DNA from: Isurus oxyrinchus
Taxonomy: Eukaryota
DNA: 64,000 nt
Direction: 5' to 3'
Assembly (NCBI GenBank): GCA_026770705.1
Contig: JANJGN010000021.1
Coordinates: 97,154,001 to 97,218,000 of the forward strand
The notes below the pieces were generated by a model that was not told where the DNA came from, made no database searches, and saw only the letters and a program-made list of their open reading frames with translations. Below are positions 1 through 11,561 of the stretch, in pieces. The translations under genes were made by a program, and so were the position numbers. Positions within the stretch are counted from its first letter, which is position 1. Every line of letters begins with the position of its first letter.

Positions 1-285
1 GATCTCTTTCAATTACTTCCTTTATCATTGTCATTTTACTGTGGCATTGTCTCAACTATACTCTCTATCACACTGACAAAGTTGAGTTAGTTTTTCTACC
101 GCCACTTTCCTGCCAGCTCGTTGCCCATTTGCCCCAGTGGTCCACCTGTGCTTTGAAAGCATTGGCTACACATCGATTTTGTGGGTGCATGCAGCCAGAT
201 ACTGTATAAGCAGCGTCGACATCGAAAAATTCGGACCCGATTGCTATCGAAATTTTCTTACGTGTCTTGTCATTCAGTCATTGTT

Positions 286-410
286 GGAAGTAAAATTGAA
301 ATCCTTGCGAGGAAATACAGCAGCATTCTGGCACAATCTTTGGAAATGAAATCAGACTGAACTTTGCCAGTCTAAGACTCCCAGCACTTTCCTGCTTTAA
401 TTTCAGACTT
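286..410. mobile_element. Decayed PLE terminal fragments in inverted arrangement (minus ~286-362, plus ~365-410); recurs in every unit
   Basis: In a diverged unit, TCTGGCAGCATC (57825-57836) is identical to PLE 40709-40720. CTGGCA (328-333) and TGCCAG (365-370) are inverted. Confidence 0.5.
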
Positions 411-522
411 AGCGTTTGCGCTTTTGTGCCAAACATCCGCCCTACAACAGACATCATCAAAAGCACAACCTTTGGCACAGTTAACCAGCATAAGCCCCTT
501 ACATTTCAATCTCTGCGCAGCA

Positions 523-726
523 CTGATGAAGAGGCTTAGGGCCACAGATGTTAACTCTATCCTCTCTCGTAACAAATGTTGCCAGTGCAGCTCGGCATTT
601 CTGTTATTTTCACTTTTGACTTCACATTTGCACCATTTGCATTATGTTAGCTAAACTTACCCCTTGTTTCTATCTGCACAGTAGCTGCTTGATCAGCTCG
701 GCACTTGCAGCATTTCTGTTGGCATT
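523..726 (+). mobile_element. Decayed Penelope-like 3'-terminal modules (two in tandem, first with a fossil hammerhead); recurs in every unit
   Basis: CTGATGAAGAGGCTTAGGGCCACAGATGTTAACTCT...AAATGTTGCCAG..GCTCGGCATTTC resembles the young PLE end (minus strand of 40673-40774: CTGTCGAAGGGTC...GAAACGTCAACTCT...GATGCTGCCAGACCTGCTGAGATTTTCCAG). Second copy at ~650-726. Confidence 0.6.
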
Positions 727-2099
727 GGAGACGTTGGTTTTGGGAAGCTTTGTTCCAATTCACAGAAAATTGTTCTCTTCAAATCCAGAGAAAATTATTC
801 TGTTCAGTTGCACTTCATTTTGTCTTGGAGTTATTCCACACCCTTTTATGATGGCACTGCCAAACCTGGTGGACATTCAACATGTATTCCCTAATCAAGA
901 AAGTTTTTCAAGGTGAAACTTCAACTTATGCAGCTGTTAATGTCACTTTAAATTACACGCAAACCGATGGCGCTACCAGTTGTTGCATAAAACCTCTGAT
1001 TTCTTCTCCTCCACGTGTTGTTTGGTCTCATCGTGGTGACAGGGGAGCAGATCTTTTCAATTAGTGTGCAAGAAATTGATTTCTATGACAATGTGCAACG
1101 ATTGTTACTATGGCCTGTGAAGAAACTGTTGAAGGAGCATGATGTTATACTAGGTGCCCAGAAGTGGCGAAAAAGTACTATATTCAAGGTTGTGCCCTTT
1201 TGTAACTCCAATGTGGGAACAACGGACAAGAAGTCATCTTCCAAAAAAATATGTATATATATATTTCACTTTAGAAACTGCAATGCACTTTTGTTCCATT
1301 TTGCGTAATCGAATGAGCTGCTTTGTAAAGCTATTGCCCTGAAACTGGCAGTAAAGAAGAATCAATGGGGAGCAGACTTGCACAAGCACGAAGTACATGT
1401 CGGAATCTCATATGCATTCAACAAATTGACGTTCCAGAGAGCCGGGAGGAGAGCTCTGTAGTTAGTAAATCAGTTGAAGTGGGCTATCTTTCTTGCCAAC
1501 CAAAGCAATCTTCAATGTGAGAGCCTATTGGCCTGGAGGGTGCGCTTCCATAACTTTTTACTTCATATCAGGGATAGGTCCTACGCTGAATCCTGGTAAA
1601 ACATTGTTTTGCTTTGTGGCAGCAGCAACATCCGTTCTCAGGTAATTTCATAACCCTGATGCATTAGTTCAGTTTTCATATCGAAATCTGCTGTCAGACT
1701 TCCTGCACACCTGTAACATTTACACTTTCCATTCCTGCTTTACAGCATGTGCAGTGTTTTCGTTTTGTGAGCATGAAGCTGGAGGATATCTTACAATCAT
1801 ATTTTAGAAATGCCGACTCTAATTCGGACTGCTGGACTTTGAACAGCTGTATTATTAACTAAATGGAGACTGCCAAGTACCACGAAGACAAACTTTCGGA
1901 ATATGTTTTCGTTTCCTTCTTTCAATGCAATGTCTGGAATTTGTGGCCAAAGAACAGGAAATTTTGGAAGCTTGGATGCTCAATTCACTTTTCTGCGTGA
2001 GGCTTGCCGTGCGATCGAGCACATTTTTCGAAGTTTTTGGTTGTGAAAATGTGCTACCAGCCTGCAGCTTGGCGGTCCATGCCAGCAGCGACGGGTGGC

Positions 2100-2171
2100 G
2101 CCGTGATCGTATAGTGGTTAGTACTCTGCGTTGTGGCCGCAGTAACCTCGGTTCGAATCCGAGTCACGGCA
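2100..2171 (+). tRNA. tRNA-His-GTG: tRNA-His(GTG) copy 1, intact
   Basis: GCCGTGATCGTATAGTGGTTAGTACTCTGCGTTGTGGCCGCAGTAACCTCGGTTCGAATCCGAGTCACGGCA: full cloverleaf, A/B boxes, anticodon GTG, A73. Matches the canonical vertebrate tRNA-His as I recall it, except U44. Confidence 0.97.
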
Positions 2172-2187
2172 TTGCATCTTTCTGTTC

Positions 2188-2191
2188 TTTT
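2188..2191 (+). terminator. Pol III oligo-T terminator (representative; recurs ~17 nt after most tRNA copies)
   Basis: ...CTGTTCTTTTGC downstream of the tRNA. Mutated in copy 18 (TTCT), copy 24 (TATT) and copies 25/26. Confidence 0.7.
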
Positions 2192-4446
2192 GCTGGAATA
2201 ACAGGGAGGAATGTTCAAAATTGCAACACCAGTTTGTAATGTGAAAGTGCAATTCATAATTTCAATATAACACCCCACTAGTCTGTCTTTTGTTATCCAG
2301 AGTACAATCCAACCCCACATCAGATGTATCTGCCTGCCCAATTCACTGATCTCTTTCAATTACTTCCTTTTTCATTGTCATCTTACTGTGGCATTGTCTC
2401 AACTATACTCTCTATCACACTGACAAAGTTGAGTTAGTTTTTCTACCGCCACTTTCCTGCCAGCTCGTTGCCCATTTGCCCCAGTGGTCCACCTGTGCTT
2501 TGAAAGCATTGGCTACACATCGATTTTGTGGGTGCATGCAGCCAGATACTGTATAAGCAGCGTCGACATCGAAAAATTCGGACCCGATTGCTATCGAAAT
2601 TTTCTTACGTGTCTTGTCATTCAGTCATTGTTGGAAGTAAAATTGAAATCCTTGCGAGGAAATACAGCAGCATTCTGGCACAATCTTTGGAAATGAAATC
2701 AGACTGAACTTTGCCAGTCTAAGACTCCCAGCACTTTCCTGCTTTAATTTCAGACTTAGCGTTTGCGCTTTTGTGCCAAACATCCGCCCTACAACAGACA
2801 TCATCAAAAGCACAACCTTTGGCACAGTTAACCAGCATAAGCCCCTTACATTTCAATCTCTGCGCAGCACTGATGAAGAGGCTTAGGGCCACAGATGTTA
2901 ACTCTATCCTCTCTCGTAACAAATGTTGCCAGTGCAGCTCGGCATTTCTGTTATTTTCACTTTTGACTTCACATTTGCACCATTTGCATTATGTTAGCTA
3001 AACTTACCCCTTGTTTCTATCTGCACAGTAGCTGCTTGATCAGCTCGGCACTTGCAGCATTTCTGTTGGCATTGGAGACGTTGGTTTTGGGAAGCTTTGT
3101 TCCAATTCACAGAAAATTGTTCTCTTCAAATCCAGAGAAAATTATTCTGTTCAGTTGCACTTCATTTTGTCTTGGAGTTATTCCACACCCTTTTATGATG
3201 GCACTGCCAAACCTGGTGGACATTCAACATGTATTCCCTAATCAAGAAAGTTTTTCAAGGTGAAACTTCAACTTATGCAGCTGTTAATGTCACTTTAAAT
3301 TACACGCAAACCGATGGCGCTACCAGTTGTTGCATAAAACCTCCGATTTCTTCTCCTCCACGTGTTGTTTGGTCTCATCGTGGTGACAGGGGAGCAGATC
3401 TTTTCAATTAGTGTGCAAGAACTTGATTTCTATGACAATGTGCAACGATTGTTACTATGGCCTGTGAAGAAACTGTTGAAGGAGCATGATGTTATACTAG
3501 GTGCCCAGAAGTGGCGAAAAAGTACTATATTCAAGGTTGTGCCCTTTTGTAACTCCAATGTGGGAACAACGGACAAGAAGTCATCTTCCAAAAAAATATG
3601 TATATATATATTTCACTTTAGAAACTGCAATGCACTTTTGTTCCATTTTGCGTAATCGAATGAGCTGCTTTGTAAAGCTATTTCCCTGAAACTGGCAGTA
3701 AAGAAGAATCAATGGGGAGCAGACTTGCACAAACACGAAGTACATGTCGGAATCTCATATGCATTCAACAAATTGATGTTCCAGAGAGCCGGGAGGAGAG
3801 CTCTGTAGTTAGTAAATCAGTTGAAGTGGGCTATCTTTCTTGCCAACCAAAGCAATCTTCAATGTGAGAGCCTATTGGCCTGGAGGGTGCGCTTCCATAA
3901 CTTTTTACTTCATATCAGGGATAGGTCCTACGCTGAATCCTGGTAAAACATTGTTTTGCTTTGTGGCAGCAGCAACATCCGTTCTCAGGTAATTTCATAA
4001 CCCTGATGCATTAGTTCAGTTTTCATATCGAAATCTGCTGTTAGACTTCCTGCACACCTGTAACATTTACACTTTCCATTCCTGCTTTACAGCATGTGCA
4101 GTGTTTTCGTTTTGTGAGCATGAAGCTGGAGGATATCTTACAATCATATTTTAGAAATGCCGACTCTAATTCGGACTGCTGGACTTTGAACAGCTGTATT
4201 ATTAACTAAATGGAGACTGCCAAGTACCACGAAGACAAACTTTCGGAATATGTTTTCGTTTCCTTCTTTCAATGCAATGTCTGGAATTTGTGGCCAAAGA
4301 ACAGGAAATTTTGGAAGCTTGGATGCTCAATTCACTTTTCTGCGTGAGGCTTGCCGTGCGATCGAGCACATTTTTCGAAGTTTTTGGTTGAGAAAATGTG
4401 CTACCAGCCTGCAGCTTGGCGGTCCATGCCAGCAGCGACGGGTGGC

Positions 4447-4518
4447 GCCGTGATCGTATAGTGGTTAGTACTCTGCGTTGTGGCCGCAGTAACCTCGGTT
4501 CGAATCCGAGTCACGGCA
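4447..4518 (+). tRNA. tRNA-His-GTG: tRNA-His(GTG) copy 2, intact
   Basis: Identical to copy 1. Confidence 0.97.
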
Positions 4519-6794
4519 TTGCATCTTTCTGTTCTTTTGCTGGAATAACAGGGAGGAATGTTCAAAATTGCAACACCAGTTTGTAATGTGAAAGTGCAAT
4601 TCATAATTTCAATGTAACACCCCACTAGTCTGTCTTTTGTTATCCAGAGTACAATCCAACCCCACATCAGATGTATCTGCCTGCCCAATTCACTGATCTC
4701 TTTCAATTACTTCCTTTATCATTGTCATTTTACTGTGGCATTGTCTCAACTATACTCTCTATCACACTGACAAAGTTGAGTTAGTTTTTCTACCGCCACT
4801 TTCCTGCCAGCTCGTTGCCCATTTGCCCCAGTGGTCCACCTGTGCTTTGAAAGCATTGGCTACACATCGATTTTGTGGGTGCATGCAGCCAGATACTGTA
4901 TAAGCAGCGTCGACATCGAAAAATTCGGACCCGATTGCTATCGAAATTTTCTTACGTGTCTTGTCATTCAGTCATTGTTGGAAGTAAAATTGAAATCCTT
5001 GCGAGGAAATACAGCAGCATTCTGGCACAATCTTTGGAAATGAAATCAGACTGAACTTTGCCAGTCTAAGACTCCCAGCACTTTCCTGCTTTAATTTCAG
5101 ACTTAGCGTTTGCGCTTTTGTGCCAAACATCCGCCCTACAACAGACATCATCAAAAGCACAACCTTTGGCACAGTTAACCAGCATAAGCCCCTTACATTT
5201 CAATCTCTGCGCAGCACTGATGAAGAGGCTTAGGGCCACAGATGTTAACTCTATCCTCTCTCGTAACAAATGTTGCCAGTGCAGCTCGGCATTTCTGTTA
5301 TTTTCACTTTTGACTTCACATTTGCACCATTTGCATTATGTTAGCTAAACGTACCCCTTGTTTCTATCTGCACAGTAGCTGCTTGATCAGCTCGGCACTT
5401 GCAGCATTTCTGTTGGCATTGGAGACGTTGGTTTTGGGAAGCTTTGTTCCAATTCACAGAAAATTGTTCTCTTCAAATCCAGAGAAAATTATTCTGTTCG
5501 GTTGCACTTCATTTTGTCTTGGAGTTATTCCACACCCTTTTATGATGGCACTGCCAAACCTGGTGGACATTCAACATGTATTCCCTAATCAAGAAAGTTT
5601 TTCAAGGTGAAACTTCAACTTATGCAGCTGTTAATGTCACTTTAAATTACACGCAAACCGATGGCGCTACCAGTTGTTGCATAAAACCTCCGATTTCTTC
5701 TCCTCCACGTGTTGTTTGGTCTCATCGTGGTGACAGGGGAGCAGATCTTTTCAATTAGTGTGCAAGAACTTGATTTCTATGACAATGTGCAACGATTGTT
5801 ACTATGGCCTGTGAAGAAACTGTTGAAGGAGCATGATGTTATACTAGGTGCCCAGAAGTGGCGAAAAAGTACTATATTCAAGGTTGTGACCTTTTGTAAC
5901 TCCAATGTGGGAACAACGGACAAGAAGTCATCTTCCAAAAAAAATATGTATATATATATTTCACTTTAGAAACTGCAATGCACTTTTGTTCCATTTTGCG
6001 TAATCGAATGAGCTGCTTTGTAAAGCTATTTCCCTGAAACTGGCAGTAAAGAAGAATCAATGGGGAGCAGACTTGCACAAACACGAAGTACATGTCGGAA
6101 TCTCATATGCATTCAACAAATTGACGTTCCAGAGAGCCGGGAGGAGAGCTCTGTAGTTAGTAAATCAGTTGAAGTGGGCTATCTTTCTTGCCAACCAAAG
6201 CAATCTTCAATGTGAGAGCCTATTGGCCTGGAGGGTGCGCTTCCATAACTTTTTACTTCATATCAGGGATAGGTCCTACGCTGAATCCTGGTAAAACATT
6301 GTTTTGCTTTGTGGCAGCAGCAACATCCGTTCTCAGGTAATTTCATAACCCTGATGCATTAGTTCAGTTTTCATATCGAAATCTGCTGTTAGACTTCCTG
6401 CACACCTGTAACATTTACACTTTCCATTCCTGCTTTACAGCATGTGCAGTGTTTTCGTTTTGTGAGCATGAAGCTGGAGGATATCTTACAATCATATTTT
6501 AGAAATGCCGACTCTAATTCGGACTGCTGGACTTTGAACAGCTGTGTTATTAACTAAATGGAGACTGCCAAGTACCACGAAGACAAACTTTCGGAATATG
6601 TTTTCGTTTCCTTCTTTCAATGCAATGTCTGGAATTTGTGGCCAAAGAACAGGAAATTTTGGAAGCTTGGATGCTCAATTCACTTTTCTGCGTGAGGCTT
6701 GCCGTGCGATCGAGCACATTTTTCGAAGTTTTTGGTTGAGAAAATGTGCTACCAGCCTGCAGCTTGGCGGTCCATGCCAGCAGCGACGGGTGGC

Positions 6795-6866
6795 GCCGTG
6801 ATCGTATAGTGGTTAGTACTCTGCGTTGTGGCCGCAGTAACCTCGGTTCGAATCCGAGTCACAGCA
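6795..6866 (+). tRNA. tRNA-His-GTG: tRNA-His(GTG) copy 3, variant G70A (C3:A70 mismatch)
   Basis: 3' end TCACAGCA. Confidence 0.9.
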
Positions 6867-9142
6867 TTGCATCTTTCTGTTCTTTTGCTGGAATAACAGG
6901 GAGGAATGTTCAAAATTGCAACACCAGTTTGTAATGTGAAAGTGCAATTCATAATTTCAATGTAACACCCCACTAGTCTGTCTTTTGTTATCCAGAGTAC
7001 AATCCAACCCCACATCAGATGTATCTGCCTGCCCAATTCACTGATCTCTTTCAATTACTTCCTTTATCATTGTCATTTTACTGTGGCATTGTCTCAACTA
7101 TACTCTCTATCACACTGACAAAGTTGAGTTAGTTTTTCTACCGCCACTTTCCTGCCAGCTCGTTGCCCATTTGCCCCAGTGGTCCACCTGTGCTTTGAAA
7201 GCATTGGCTACACATCGATTTTGTGGGTGCATGCAGCCAGATACTGTATAAGCAGCGTCGACATCGAAAAATTCGGACCCGATTGCTATCGAAATTTTCT
7301 TACGTGTCTTGTCATTCAGTCATTGTTGGAAGTAAAATTGAAATCCTTGCGAGGAAATACAGCAGCATTCTGGCACAATCTTTGGAAATGAAATCAGACT
7401 GAACTTTGCCAGTCTAAGACTCCCAGCACTTTCCTGCTTTAATTTCAGACTTAGCGTTTGCGCTTTTGTGCCAAACATCCGCCCTACAACAGACATCATC
7501 AAAAGCACAACCTTTGGCACAGTTAACCAGCATAAGCCCCTTACATTTCAATCTCTGCGCAGCACTGATGAAGAGGCTTAGGGCCACAGATGTTAACTCT
7601 ATCCTCTCTCGTAACAAATGTTGCCAGTGCAGCTCGGCATTTCTGTTATTTTCACTTTTGACTTCACATTTGCACCATTTGCATTATGTTAGCTAAACGT
7701 ACCCCTTGTTTCTATCTGCACAGTAGCTGCTTGATCAGCTCGGCACTTGCAGCATTTCTGTTGGCATTGGAGACGTTGGTTTTGGGAAGCTTTGTTCCAA
7801 TTCACAGAAAATTGTTCTCTTCAAATCCAGAGAAAATTATTCTGTTCGGTTGCACTTCATTTTGTCTTGGAGTTATTCCACACCCTTTTATGATGGCACT
7901 GCCAAACCTGGTGGACATTCAACATGTATTCCCTAATCAAGAAAGTTTTTCAAGGTGAAACTTCAACTTATGCAGCTGTTAATGTCACTTTAAATTACAC
8001 GCAAACCGATGGCGCTACCAGTTGTTGCATAAAACCTCCGATTTCTTCTCCTCCACGTGTTGTTTGGTCTCATCGTGGTGACAGGGGAGCAGATCTTTTC
8101 AATTAGTGTGCAAGAACTTGATTTCTATGACAATGTGCAACGATTGTTACTATGGCCTGTGAAGAAACTGTTGAAGGAGCATGATGTTATACTAGGTGCC
8201 CAGAAGTGGCGAAAAAGTACTATATTCAAGGTTGTGACCTTTTGTAACTCCAATGTGGGAACAACGGACAAGAAGTCATCTTCCAAAAAAAATATGTATA
8301 TATATATTTCACTTTAGAAACTGCAATGCACTTTTGTTCCATTTTGCGTAATCGAATGAGCTGCTTTGTAAAGCTATTTCCCTGAAACTGGCAGTAAAGA
8401 AGAATCAATGGGGAGCAGACTTGCACAAACACGAAGTACATGTCGGAATCTCATATGCATTCAACAAATTGACGTTCCAGAGAGCCGGGAGGAGAGCTCT
8501 GTAGTTAGTAAATCAGTTGAAGTGGGCTATCTTTCTTGCCAACCAAAGCAATCTTCAATGTGAGAGCCTATTGGCCTGGAGGGTGCGCTTCCATAACTTT
8601 TTACTTCATATCAGGGATAGGTCCTACGCTGAATCCTGGTAAAACATTGTTTTGCTTTGTGGCAGCAGCAACATCCGTTCTCAGGTAATTTCATAACCCT
8701 GATGCATTAGTTCAGTTTTCATATCGAAATCTGCTGTTAGACTTCCTGCACACCTGTAACATTTACACTTTCCATTCCTGCTTTACAGCATGTGCAGTGT
8801 TTTCGTTTTGTGAGCATGAAGCTGGAGGATATCTTACAATCATATTTTAGAAATGCCGACTCTAATTCGGACTGCTGGACTTTGAACAGCTGTGTTATTA
8901 ACTAAATGGAGACTGCCAAGTACCACGAAGACAAACTTTCGGAATATGTTTTCGTTTCCTTCTTTCAATGCAATGTCTGGAATTTGTGGCCAAAGAACAG
9001 GAAATTTTGGAAGCTTGGATGCTCAATTCACTTTTCTGCGTGAGGCTTGCCGTGCGATCGAGCACATTTTTCGAAGTTTTTGGTTGAGAAAATGTGCTAC
9101 CAGCCTGCAGCTTGGCGGTCCATGCCAGCAGCGACGGGTGGC

Positions 9143-9214
9143 GCCGTGATCGTATAGTGGTTAGTACTCTGCGTTGTGGCCGCAGTAACCTCGGTTCGAA
9201 TCCGAGTCACAGCA
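9143..9214 (+). tRNA. tRNA-His-GTG: tRNA-His(GTG) copy 4, variant G70A
   Basis: Same as copy 3. Confidence 0.9.
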
Positions 9215-11489
9215 TTGCATCTTTCTGTTCTTTTGCTGGAATAACAGGGAGGAATGTTCAAAATTGCAACACCAGTTTGTAATGTGAAAGTGCAATTCAT
9301 AATTTCAATGTAACACCCCACTAGTCTGTCTTTTGTTATCCAGAGTACAATCCAACCCCACATCAGATGTATCTGCCTGCCCAATTCACTGATCTCTTTC
9401 AATTACTTCCTTTATCATTGTCATTTTACTGTGGCATTGTCTCAACTATACTCTCTATCACACTGACAAAGTTGAGTTAGTTTTTCTACCGCCACTTTCC
9501 TGCCAGCTCGTTGCCCATTTGCCCCAGTGGTCCACCTGTGCTTTGAAAGCATTGGCTACACATCGATTTTGTGGGTGCATGCAGCCAGATACTGTATAAG
9601 CAGCGTCGACATCGAAAAATTCGGACCCGATTGCTATCGAAATTTTCTTACGTGTCTTGTCATTCAGTCATTGTTGGAAGTAAAATTGAAATCCTTGCGA
9701 GGAAATACAGCAGCATTCTGGCACAATCTTTGGAAATGAAATCAGACTGAACTTTGCCAGTCTAAGACTCCCAGCACTTTCCTGCTTTAATTTCAGACTT
9801 AGCGTTTGCGCTTTTGTGCCAAACATCCGCCCTACAACAGACATCATCAAAAGCACAACCTTTGGCACAGTTAACCAGCATAAGCCCCTTACATTTCAAT
9901 CTCTGCGCAGCACTGATGAAGAGGCTTAGGGCCACAGATGTTAACTCTATCCTCTCTCGTAACAAATGTTGCCAGTGCAGCTCGGCATTTCTGTTATTTT
10001 CACTTTTGACTTCACATTTGCACCATTTGCATTATGTTAGCTAAACTTACCCCTTGTTTCTATCTGCACAGTAGCTGCTTGATCAGCTCGGCACTTGCAG
10101 CATTTCTGTTGGCATTGGAGACGTTGGTTTTGGGAAGCTTTGTTCCAATTCACAGAAAATTGTTCTCTTCAAATCCAGAGAAAATTATTCTGTTCGGTTG
10201 CACTTCATTTTGTCTTGGAGTTATTCCACACCCTTTTATGATGGCACTGCCAAACCTGGTGGACATTCAACATGTATTCCCTAATCAAGAAAGTTTTTCA
10301 AGGTGAAACTTCAACTTATGCAGCTGTTAATGTCACTTTAAATTACACGCAAACCGATGGCGCTACCAGTTGTTGCATAAAACCTCCGATTTCTTCTCCT
10401 CCACGTGTTGTTTGGTCTCATCGTGGTGACAGGGGAGCAGATCTTTTCAATTAGTGTGCAAGAACTTGATTTCTATGACAATGTGCAACGATTGTTACTA
10501 TGGCCAGTGAAGAAACTGTTGAAGGAGCATGATGTTATACTAGGTGCCCAGAAGTGGCGAAAAAGTACTATATTCAAGGTTGTGCCCTTTTGTAACTCCA
10601 ATGTGGGAACAACGGACAAGAAGTCATCTTCCAAAAAAATATGTATATATATATTTCACTTTAGAAACTGCAATGCACTTTTGTTCCATTTTGCGTAATC
10701 GAATGAGCTGCTTTGTAAAGCTATTTCCCTGAAACTGGCAGTAAAGAAGAATCAATGGGGAGCAGACTTGCACAAACACGAAGTACATGTCGGAATCTCA
10801 TATGCATTCAACAAATTGACGTTCCAGAGAGCCGGGAGGAGAGCTCTGTAGTTAGTAAATCAGTTGAAGTGGGCTATCTTTCTTGCCAACCAAAGCAATC
10901 TTCAATGTGAGAGCCTATTGGCCTGGAGGGTGCGCTTCCATAACTTTTTACTTCATATCAGGGATAGGTCCTACGCTGAATCCTGGTAAAACATTGTTTT
11001 GCTTTGTGGCAGCAGCAACATCCGTTCTCAGGTAATTTCATAACCCTGATGCATTAGTTCAGTTTTCATATCGAAATCTGCTGTTAGACTTCCTGCACAC
11101 CTGTAACATTTACACTTTCCATTCCTGCTTTACAGCATGTGCAGTGTTTTCGTTTTGTGAGCATGAAGCTGGAGGATATCTTACAATCATATTTTAGAAA
11201 TGCCGACTCTAATTCGGACTGCTGGACTTTGAACAGCTGTATTATTAACTAAATGGAGACTGCCAAGTACCACGAAGACAAACTTTCGGAATATGTTTTC
11301 GTTTCCTTCTTTCAATGCAATGTCTGGAATTTGTGGCCAAAGAACAGGAAATTTTGGAAGCTTGGATGCTCAATTCACTTTTCTGCGTGAGGCTTGCCGT
11401 GCGATCGAGCACATTTTTCGAAGTTTTTGGTTGTGAAAATGTGCTACCAGCCTGCAGCTTGGCGGTCCATGCCAGCAGCGACGGGTGGC

Positions 11490-11561
11490 GCCGTGATCGT
11501 ATAGTGGTTAGTACTCTGCGTTGTGGCCGCAGTAACCTCGGTTCGAATCCGAGTCACGGCA
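11490..11561 (+). tRNA. tRNA-His-GTG: tRNA-His(GTG) copy 5, intact
   Basis: Identical to copy 1. Confidence 0.97.

Noticed and set aside
224-257. Imperfect inverted repeat GAAAAATTCG...CGAAATTTTC
   Set aside because: Short and AT-rich with one mismatch; not preserved in B-type units.
2100-2171. tRNA-derived SINE head or tRNA-targeting transposon (e.g. Dada)
   Set aside because: The tRNA is complete and uninterrupted with its own terminator. Units have no TSDs, A-tails, TIRs or transposase remnants that I can see.
1-2347. Additional small RNA genes (5S rRNA, snRNA, other tRNAs) in the spacer
   Set aside because: No second B box, cloverleaf or 5S/U-snRNA signature recognised on either strand by eye. 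An Rfam scan would be needed to exclude them fully.
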